From contig JYFJ02003927.1 in NCBI GenBank assembly GCA_000934665.2, forward strand, positions 1 to 36,327: a stretch of DNA of 36,327 nucleotides, read 5' to 3'. Shown here one piece after another: positions 25,154 through 33,968 of the stretch (the first letter of the stretch is position 1; the number at the start of each line of letters is the position of its first letter). The notes below the pieces were generated by a model. That model did no database searches, had not been told where the DNA came from, and saw nothing but the letters and a program-made list of their open reading frames with translations. The translations under genes were made by a program, and so were the position numbers. The DNA comes from Catajapyx aquilonaris (lineage: Eukaryota).

Positions 25154-25721
25154 GTGATACAACTATAAGCCGTTATAGGGGGGGTGGCACACCACCATCA
25201 CTTTTCCAGTGTATATAACTTTTCTTCTCTCGACAAACCCTTCCACCTCTAAGGTCCTGAATTCGATCCCCGGATCGGACAGAGTATGATTATGTGGATA
25301 GAGTTTCGATGGGTTCTCTCCGTGTTCGCGTGGGTTTTCTCGGGGTTCTCCCGTTTCCTCCCGCTATCAAAATCCATCACAGCAATGATTAAAGTCGGTC
25401 AATTAAAAAGACGATCCCCTAAAAAATCCCAAGGAGGCTTATTACGGGGTATCCATTATTTTATTTTCTCACCGATGCGGTGCAAGGAAACAAGGGGACA
25501 GGGTAAGGATAGGTATTTTTTGGGAGAGAACATAGGTGCAAGTGCAGTGTCGGCAAACGGGTCATGTGCTGTTCCCCAGGAGGTTAGGTTGCCAGACACC
25601 TCCAAGGCGTGGGTGAGAGACCCTCCTGACGCAGGTTAAATGGAACTCTCAGGCGGGGATCGAACCAGGGATCTTTCACTCAGCAAGCCGATACGTTACC
25701 ATCACGGCCACCACACCTCCT
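25154..25721 (-). mobile_element. tRNA-derived SINE family C, copy 2 (interrupted by a family B SINE)
   Basis: Collinear with 12155-12470 on both sides of the insertion; B box GGTTCGATCCCC on the minus strand; candidate 9-bp TSD CTCGAGTCC at 25145-25153 and 25722-25730. Confidence 0.8.
25239..25463 (+). mobile_element. 5'-truncated SINE family B (V-domain-like) copy
   Basis: Identical to the reverse complement of the 10736-10988 copy over TTATGTGGATAGAGTTTCGATGGGTTCTCTCCGTGTTCGCGTGGGTTTTCTCGGGGTTCTCCCGTTTCCTCC; same GGGGTATCCATTATT tail; lacks the A box. Confidence 0.9.
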
Positions 25722-27207
25722 CTCGAGTCCACAGTTAAAAAGGGAGATTGATATGAAGAAGTGATGGATTGTCTACTCCATGAACCAATTTAGAGCGAAG
25801 CGATAATCACAACAACTGAATGTGGCCTTGATTTGTTACTTCGAACAAGCTCTTCTTATAAAGGGGCGGTTGTTGGGGTAAACAATCCCGAACTTCTTTT
25901 CTCATCTTTAACTTCGAGCGTGGCACCTGAGCAGTGCACCGCCCTGCAGAGCATACAGAGTTGAGTTTCTTTTTTTGAAAATTCAGATTTACAAATAACA
26001 GACAACGCATTGCATATCTCCGTTGCACAGCATTCATTTTTAAGGCTAGCCTACACAGTCCCTCTCGTCAGGGTAACATGGACAAAAGTGATGATACATA
26101 GTTAAATAGTTAAATTGTAGAAGCTGTTTTTCGGAGACATTTGTGTGTGTACGGGGCAGAAATTAATTGATGATATAGACAGTGTTAGCTAATTATTACT
26201 ACGAGGATGTGAGGCAGTGGCCAATCATGAAAACTAGTTCATAAATACCAACACGCGAATCCCTGCCGTTTTGCACAAACCTAGAGATGCTCTTGTGAAA
26301 GAGTGGACTGTCCCACTCGAAATTCCTATAGTCTAGGCCTACTGTACAATGTGCACGATCTGACAATTACTTGGCGAATTGAATCATGTCAATTTTGACT
26401 ATAGTATTTTCCCCTGAATATTGATCGTGGGAATTGTACTGCAGGGTTGCCAAAACCTATTCCTTAGGTATCGCCACGAGCAAGATGTAGGCGAATAGCT
26501 ACAAGCTATAATCATTTTCCTGGAAGTCGAATAAGCAGAGAATATCATTATAATAATATGTAAATGACCTGAATGACACTATACATTTGGTCTTATCAAG
26601 ATGCTACTGACACTTGGTAAGTGACTCGTTTTAGTGCCAATGCATTTAGCTCACATGACTGTACTTACAAAGTACATCGCATATGAGCTGGAAATATTTT
26701 AGAGTAAGTTTTGGCGTCAATGGCTCATCTTGAATCCAGAATCAGGTGAAAGATAGGAATTTCCGTAAATTTAAAGCTATGCAAGATGGCTTGAAAAATT
26801 TCATGCATAAAATGCAAATATGGACTTGCCCCTGATGGATTTTTGCTCCCTTCAAGTGAATGAACACTCTTGACAAGGGGTGTGGGAGGGGATAACCTCG
26901 GTTGAATCAATGAACCGCTGTATAGATGTCTACTTTGGAAGCGAAGCTGCACTTTCTAGGTTTCGCATCAGTCAATAATTCCCATGGCGCGAAATCTCAT
27001 TAAGCTCATATTAACACCCTTAATCAATATGCCAAGGATAAGAGATTGGATTCAAAGTATAATACTGTACCTGAGCAGGGAGTTTAGAAAACCGTGACAG
27101 GTACTAGAAATGCGTAATAATAGCGTCGACTTCATAAAATATGCACCTGAGGCAAATTGTGCTTCAGGTCTGAAGCCCACTTGACACCGCTTTACAAGCA
27201 CACAATT

Positions 27208-28132
27208 GAAGAGCCATTTCCCAAAACAAGTTCAGTCCACATTTGCCGAAAATGAGTTATGACCACAGCCTTGAAGCCCATACCCAGATCTATCGGTTAG
27301 GTCGAACAGGCACTCTGAAAACCCGTTCCGTTTTCTCTGAACTGGGCTGCAAAGTTTGCGATATTTCCCAGAACAAGTTCACATTTCCTATCTGTCTCAC
27401 CGAAAACGAGTTCAATCCATCTGCGCATGCGTAGTAGCGAGAACGGCTAATCGGCTGTGTCTTTCAACATGGCGGCCGCTCACAGTTTGGGTAGTAGGTG
27501 TCATATTTGATCATTAATGGAGTTAAAATTATACATTTTGGGAAGCCTAATGCAGTGGGAGGATTCCCAGTGTCCAATAAATATTATTTGGAATAACCTC
27601 CTGAGACCCCTAGTACACCTTTCAATCACCTTCGTTTTTTTTTACGCGTTTGAGTTAGTCAGAAGGTGCTGGAAAAAGCAAAGGTACAGTATACTGTACC
27701 AGGGGTCTCAGGAGGATAAAGTAATTTTTTGCAATCATTCTGGTTGTATTGATACTTCTGCCTTGCCTTTCAGATTGCACGTGAAATAGGTAATGAAGCA
27801 AGAAATTAATGAAACAGTAGCTTGCACTTGAGAAACTTAAATCGAATGCTCTTTCAAGCCCCATTTCACATTATGTCTCTCTGAAATCAAGTTCAGTGCA
27901 TGGACTGAACTAGTTTTTGGAAAGATTTTGAAATTTAAATGACCAAATTTCTGTCCCTTCAATACTATGATTTTCTCACACAATACCATGAAGAAGTGTG
28001 TCAGATTAGACGCAGAACAAATCAAAGATGAAATGCTAAAACCTATACTAGGTTTTTGAACTATACAGTTTTTTCTCTCTCCTGCAAAATATTGCAAATG
28101 GACTGAACTTGTTTTGGGAAATCGCTATCTTC
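27208..28132. mobile_element. Non-autonomous DNA transposon with AATT TSD (Sola1-like), 925 bp
   Basis: TIRs GAAGAGCCATTTCCCAAAACAAGTTCAGTCCA(CA)TTTGC (27208-27246) / 28094-28132; AATT at 27204-07 and 28133-36; internal TIR-motif copies near 27363 and 27901; internal TGCGCATGCG and AACATGGCGGC promoter-like motifs at 27422-27477. Confidence 0.85.
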
Positions 28133-28243
28133 AATTCATTTGCTTCGTATTTAAACATTTATGATGTTTCACTCGCAGTAATCAAGTAGGGTAAACCATA
28201 CAGTGATGACCAGTTTAGTGTATGTACTCTATATACTCGTATA

Positions 28244-28577
28244 TAAAGGGAGGCGGAGTGGGGCTGCGGTAACGTACGCGCCCACGGATGTTAAGGTCCC
28301 GGGTTCGATCCCAACCCGGTGACACCCCCTTCATCTCGTGCAGAGTTTAGGTCGTCTCTGGCTTCGACTCGGGTGAAATCTCCAATAGACATATCCACCC
28401 AGGGGAGTTCACAAAGTGTGCCCATATCAGTCCGCGCACTGCACTTTGCACATCCCCTCCTGTCATCCTGCCCGTGGGCCCGGGCGCTTCAATTAATAGG
28501 CACCAACTGTACAATAATAATAACAAAAAAGGTCCGTGTGATATACCCCCATTTGGGGGTGAAAGCACTACCCCAGG

Positions 28578-28651
<74 letters not shown>
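28244..28651 (+). mobile_element. tRNA-derived SINE family D with long (ATT)n tail
   Basis: B box GGTTCGATCCC (about 28302-28312); perfect 14-bp TSD TATATACTCGTATA at 28230-28243 and 28652-28665. Confidence 0.88.

Positions 28652-28653
<2 letters not shown>
28578..28653. repeat. (ATT)n microsatellite, ~25 units, forming the SINE D tail
   Basis: Uninterrupted ATT tract; it explains the poly-Y/N/L ORFs in the track. Confidence 0.97.
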
Positions 28654-28657
<4 letters not shown>

Positions 28658-28670
28658 CTCGTATAATTAT

Positions 28671-28733
28671 GTTCGAACTCGGGACACCAGAGGTAGAAGG
28701 GTGTGGCGCCAAACCATACACCACCATGCCGCC
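28671..28733 (-). mobile_element. Head fragment of a SINE family B-like element
   Basis: TCGAACTCGGGACACCAGAGGTAGAAGGGTGTGGCGCCAAACCA matches 10932-10975 (TCGAACTCGGGACCTTAGAGGTGGAAGGCTGTGGCGCTAACCA). Confidence 0.7.
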
Positions 28734-29868
28734 CTCATTTTGTTATTGTAATAAGAAGACAACATTCTTCTTAGAGACTTGCATTTTAATGACATGATGG
28801 TAGGACAGAGCATAAAATATTCCGACTCGTCCTAGTAAAACCAAAGAGGATATACCGGGAATATATGCAAGAGGTTCTAATTTTGTAGCATTTACTATGT
28901 ATACTCGGGTTGGTTAGGTAGACACTCGTGGCCTTTCAGAGATTGTAAATTTGTTTGCTATGCTGGAGGACGGAACATGAAGAAGTTATGTTCAGACGCA
29001 TCCAGCAAGTCGTGCATTTCTGGGCTTTAATACAATTGCGCATAGCAGTAATTATGTCATGATGTGGTCTCTGGCGAATTCTGGCGATTCAAAACTGCAT
29101 GACCTCTAAGAGGCAGTGAATAAGCAAGTGAGGTAAAGTAGCCTAATTTGGCCAATTCAAATCTCGTTGGGCGCTTTAGTAATGGGCACACTGCATAGTC
29201 GATGAAAAGCGTCACTGCCATTAGCAGTCCCTATTATTCTTACACCGCTTTAAATTCGCACCTGTGTACGTACAGTTCTGTGTTGTAATGTAGCTTATTA
29301 CATTCGACACGCTTTTTCACAAAATATATGCGCCATTTCCACAAGAACACCTAATGGAACCTTCGCGGACTGTGACCGCGGACCATACTTGACAATACCA
29401 AATAGTGCTTGATGTTATCAGTCTAAACAAGGCTCGAGTATATTGACGTGACACTATGTACAGTACAACAACCTCGCATTATGATGTATCAGCAGGGATG
29501 TCCAACCCTCCAGTTAGGATTAACAAGCCCATAATGGAGTTTCTATAAAAACATGCCTCCTCTCGAATGATACATTCCCAGCTAATGGACAAATAAAATT
29601 ACGATAGAATGGTAATTGCCATAATACGAGAGCGAAAATTATAATATCCGAATTGTGAATTTGCAATACAAGAATTTGCTACTTTTCCCCGCTAGGATCG
29701 ATGTGATATAGCAATGGAGGAAATATGACGCAGCTGGGAGCCAGAAATAGCCATTATGACACAATACCCTATTGCACAATTGAAATAAGAGAGTCATTAC
29801 TCGTAGGTGCCAAAGTTGCGCAAAGTATGTGGATTATTATCTGAGCTAACTTTCACATCTGCACTATA

Positions 29869-30176
29869 CCGAAGCAGTAGTGGTGGAGTGGATAGGGTAT
29901 CCGACTGCTAATCGGGAGGTCCTGGGTTCGAATCCCGGAGGCCGGCGACCCTGACCATGGTTTTCTGTGGTTTCCCATGGTCCTTGCAGGATAATTCCGG
30001 GGTCGTTACCGTAATATAGGCCACAGCCGCTTCCTTCCTTCCCTTTCCCTGCTTCATTCCGAAGATGAGAAAAATAGTAAAAATGGAAGAGTTCCAGACA
30101 AAAAAAATTGGGAGAAATCCCCCCCTAGGAAGGCCCGTAGGCTGATAATGGGGTATCAAATTACAAATTATTAATT
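29869..30176 (+). mobile_element. tRNA-derived SINE family E (core resembling termite/locust SINEs), full length
   Basis: A box TGGTGGAGTGG, B box GGTTCGAATCCC, core GGTTTTCTGTGGTTTCCC...AGGCCACAGCCGCTTCCTTCC; perfect 14-bp TSD ACATCTGCACTATA at 29855-29868 and 30177-30190. Confidence 0.9.
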
Positions 30177-30919
30177 ACATCTGCACTATAGACATGAAAC
30201 AGACATTTGTGAAAATGTAATTTTAGCTCAGTAAATTTTTTTGCCTAAAAAAGACAACGACACTGTTGACTTAAAAACTTAAAATGCAGATGTGTGAAGG
30301 ATGGGAAAGACATACGACTGCCCCATATTGCAGAAATAGTCATCTCTATAATTAAATAGTTATAAATATTGACATGAAACAGATAACATTCCTCATATAT
30401 TATCTGGGTGATGTTTGACTCTATTTACACTTCTTGCATATCATCCGCCTTGAGTAGGTGGACTACCATACACGCAATGCACATCTCAATTTTTAAAATG
30501 CTCGCATTTATGACGCTTTATTCCGATGGTACGAAGTTGTTCTCTTTAATGTTGCATGTTGGGCAGTGAAATATTAACGGACACAATCAATAATAAGAAA
30601 AATGTTAACTCTCAATGATCTAATAGTGAGTGCTAGAAAATAAATAATTTCTTACGGGCAACATAGCTGCCCCAAAATTTCACTCTCGAGAATCAATATC
30701 GTGGCCTATATTTTGAACTACAAAATGTACTTGACGATTTTAGGCAAGCAGAAAAGTACTTCGAATTGAGTGAGAAAATTGATACAGCATATATTGACTC
30801 TTCCAATACTGTTGTCACATTGTCTTTTACGGCGGTATTGCAGCAGTTTACATTATGTCGTTCCTCCAGCAGTAGTAATCATGCTCACTGCTATAACTTG
30901 TAGACCTAAATATAGTCTA

Positions 30920-31110
30920 CTGGTGCACTGACAAAGTTCCCAGTTGAAGGAGGGGTATATTGTTTGCCCCAGCAACCAGTTTAAAGAGAAGCAGCAATCA
31001 CGGCAAGTAAAATGCTGTCCTGATTGTTACTTCCAACAGGTTTCTTCTTTTAAACTAATTATGTAAACAGCCCATAACATTGTGTCCTAACCCCCCCCCC
31101 CCCTTGAACT
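30920..31110. mobile_element. Old CAGGGTG-ended MITE family, copy 2
   Basis: TTTAAAGAGAAGC..CAATC.CGGCAAGTAAA, TTTAAACTA and CTTGAACT are shared in the same order with 33724-33968. Confidence 0.6.
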
Positions 31111-32626
31111 CACTTACTGGTATAATTTTTTAAATATATATATACAATTATAGAACACAAAATGCAGGACTTTACGCGTGATAGTACTATACACAAGATA
31201 TACTCTAATGCTCCGGTAGCTTTTCAAAACCTCTCTCTGCCGACAATAAAACCCGTCAAAAAGTAGTTGGATACAGTCATGCAGAGGTTTTAAAAAAACT
31301 GGGTTTTATGGGTGAGATAAATTCATGTGAACACATTAGCTATCGCTTTTGATCTGGTGCTGATGGCTCGGACTTGGCCAAAACCGAGGATCCATAATTG
31401 CGCATTAAATCCTTCCGAATCAATTGATATCGGCACATTTCCAGACGTGCACAATATTATTTGACTATTCAGAGGCGGCTAAAATGTTGCCTTTGATAAT
31501 GAAGCGTAAGTATTCTTTGGCACCTTCTCAATTATTGTGTTTTGCAGCGCATTCTTAGCCAATATAAATAAAGATGAACGGGCTGCGGGCCTACTTTCGG
31601 ATCACCTTATAAGTATATGCATGGTGTTATTTTAGCAGAGAACTTCACACGCGTAATTTATTCATGCATTTTCTATTTTTAGGGTCTGCTTCCTCTCTAT
31701 TGATCTACTAACTTTCTGATAAAGATGAGTTATTGTGGCATAGCAGTGGTGGTTAGCGCGGGTATGTGTACAGCTCTATGAGTGACACTAATCCGTTTCT
31801 CTCAAAGTGTTGTACGGTTAGCTACATCCTAATCTCTCGTGTAAGTGTTACTACACGTATAAACACAAATTGCAGCGATATTTTGTACCTCAGCTCTTTC
31901 CATGAGTAAGCTATACATGTCCGGAGCCGCATAACAGTTAGAATTACTGGTCCAGGAAATTATGCAGCTTGAAAATAGGATGTCAGGATTTAAAAGGCAG
32001 CATGCAGTATTTTGTGAGTTGGAGAGGGACAAATAACATGGTTGTGCAGGCGCTACTTACAATGCCGAGAGCGTTGCAATTCGGATTATCGAGATTCTCC
32101 TTCAGATTCAGTAAGGGGAAGGCGAAGTTTAAGACTATAGGAAAGGAAATATTGATGGGGCAGCAGTCCCACTCTAAAAGCGCCCAGTCAAATGAAGTAT
32201 CTGCCATCTGGCTTAGCACTAATATTTTCACACAGGGAATTTTTTTCCACAGCCAATCAATGGTCCGCGATTATGCTCCAGTTTCATTTTTATGGAATGG
32301 TATAGTTTTAATATCCCACGCGAATATATTAATGCTATTTTAAAACGTTTCAACTACAAATCATTTTTTAGAAATTCGCCAACATCTAGGGAGTCCGATT
32401 TCGCAACAAGAAATCTGATAAGCATTGCATAGTTACTGCTTCGTGGCCTACCACTGAAAAAGGCGAATTAGAAAAGATCAAGAGGAATAAAGTCTGGGCG
32501 AAATTCTCCACATTCGCCAGTCCACGGAGTCCAGGAAGGTAATTTGGCAGTTTACGTGACTGTAATGTTTTCTTTCCTCTCGTATTGGGTTGGCGGAGAG
32601 CGGTAAAAATGAGCGTAACTACTCAC

Positions 32627-32815
32627 CACGTCTATAAGCTGTGACAGCTTGAGCTTGATTCGCACGGTGAGGACATCCGACGTGTTGACCACGGGCCGAA
32701 CCAACTTGTTGTAGTTGGACAGCAAATCGTCGTAGAGTCTCTTGGCGTCGGGATTCCCTGCTGCCCCAACGCTGACAGTCACAGCAAGCACCAGTACGCT
32801 AAATAGTCGTGCCAT
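32627..32815 (-). CDS. nAChRalpha4: Nicotinic acetylcholine receptor alpha subunit (alpha3/alpha4 clade, alpha4-like), coding exon 1: signal peptide + start of the extracellular ligand-binding domain
   Basis: Translates [20 protein letters not shown] (hydrophobic signal peptide) + [43 protein letters not shown], the canonical mature N-terminus of arthropod nAChR alpha3/alpha4. 189 bp = 63 codons, ending at a canonical donor GTG|GTGAGT (plus-strand actcac 32621-32626). An upstream in-frame ATG exists at 32911. Family call is very secure; alpha4 vs alpha3 is tentative. Confidence 0.93.
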
Positions 32816-32911
32816 GAGGAACGCCAAAGGTGCTTGAGGCTCCGTCTCAGGTCGAGGGTCAGACCTCCGAGGCTCATCACTTGGCGGACCAGGCGACAGC
32901 GGAGGGTTCAT

Positions 32912-33200
32912 GTGGGTCGGGTGGGTCGTATGTGAGTATATGCTTGCGTGCAATGAGGAGAGAATGATGCTGTCGAGAGAAATGTTGGATTCCCCGGTTG
33001 GACTCGCCTGCCGACTTCTCCTGCAGCCCGCTCTACCAGCGATCTCTGCCTCCCTCCCTCCCTCCATCCCTCCCTCTCCCCCTCCTTCCCCCATCGACCG
33101 ACAGCCAATGGTTGGGACAGGCTGGTACACTAGCGCCCCAACCGAGGGAAGCGGGGATTTGGGCGCCGGCCCCCACACGCCAGCCAACCCTAACCTTTGC
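32912..33200 (-). promoter_or_regulatory. GC-rich 5' leader / putative proximal promoter of the nAChR gene with (GGGA)n purine tract and CCAAT box
   Basis: GC-rich stretch directly upstream of exon 1; C-rich tract 33049-33092 (GGGA repeats on the sense strand); CCAAT at 33105-33109. The TSS cannot be located from sequence alone. Confidence 0.45.
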
Positions 33201-33723
33201 CCCCGGCTTGACCCGATTCGCTCCTGACCCTCTACTGACTGCTGCGGTTTGCGCTGCGATGTTACACTCAATCTTGCCCAACCCAACTGGACAAATCTTG
33301 CAGTGATGGATCGCTTTCGGGGTTTCTTACACGACTGAAACACTATCATGCAGGTTAAGCGCTGGGTCAGTTCAGGCGATAGGGCAGCTAAACGGTAGTT
33401 CAATAACCAACAGTCAAGGAGTCAGTTTCTGCAACATGCTTACGATACTGTGCATTATTATACAGTAGAAAACTGTCATTTCAGTTCGGAATGCCAAAAA
33501 TAGATAGGCGATAATTATCGAGTTAAGGAGAAATACAGTCACGGTTTTCATTTCAGCATCTTCTTTCTTGTCAAGGGTCCTTCATTGTTGGTATGTATTT
33601 TGTATTAAGCCTACATAAAATACTATGGCATTGCATATCTCAGCTTTCAGAAAAAACTGGCTTTACTCAGGCAACAAAGCGTGTTGGATAATCAGGCATC
33701 TCAAGAAGCTTGACGTATATTTG

Positions 33724-33968
33724 CAGGGTGGTTCACTGCCCAAATCCCCACTTTAACTCAAGAGCGGGTGAAGAAGCTGCAGTCTACATTCTTTAACCCG
33801 GCAATCATTTTAAAGAGAAGCTACAATCGCGGCAAGTAAATTATGTGGTGTTTGTTGCTTTAAATGGGGTCTTCTCTTTAAACTATTGGATGCTGGAGTA
33901 AACCATCCCTAACTTTTTCTCCTATACCCACCTCTTGAACTGGGGACTTGGTCCATGAACGACCTTTG
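33724..33968. mobile_element. Old CAGGGTG-ended MITE family, copy 3
   Basis: Imperfect TIRs CAGGGTGGTTCACTGCCCAAATCCCCA / TGGGGACTTGGTCCATGAACGACCTTTG; homologous to 30920-31110 and 19844-20032. Confidence 0.65.

Larger units (their letters stand above)
1808..32626 (-). other. Intron between nAChR coding exons 1 and 2 (30,819 bp, GT-AG, phase 0)
   Basis: Bounded by GTGAGT donor (32626..32621) and TTTCAG acceptor (1813..1808); joining gives uninterrupted ...QLIDV/NLKNQ... Confidence 0.9.

Noticed and set aside
26442..26456. Solo hAT-like ends CAGGGTTGCCA (also CAGGGATGTCCAACC near 29493)
   Set aside because: No partner TIR or TSD found; too short to support an element call.
28319..28797. ORFs with poly-Y, poly-N and poly-L runs
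   Set aside because: Artefacts of the (ATT)n SINE tail.
29869..29950. tRNA-like heads (also at 6232, 10988, 12470, 25721, 28250) as true tRNA genes
   Set aside because: Acceptor stems do not pair properly, and each continues into a SINE body with tail and TSD.
415..32343. Remaining 60-140 aa ORFs as nested genes, transposases or reverse transcriptases
   Set aside because: No recognisable domain motifs (DDE, YADD, etc.), many start at non-ATG codons, and lengths are as expected by chance; small nested exons cannot be excluded without RNA data.
32552..33403. 283-aa ORF as a complete protein
   Set aside because: It begins at a TTG, runs through a low-complexity GC-rich leader and reads past the splice donor; only 32815 (or 32911)..32627 is credible coding sequence.
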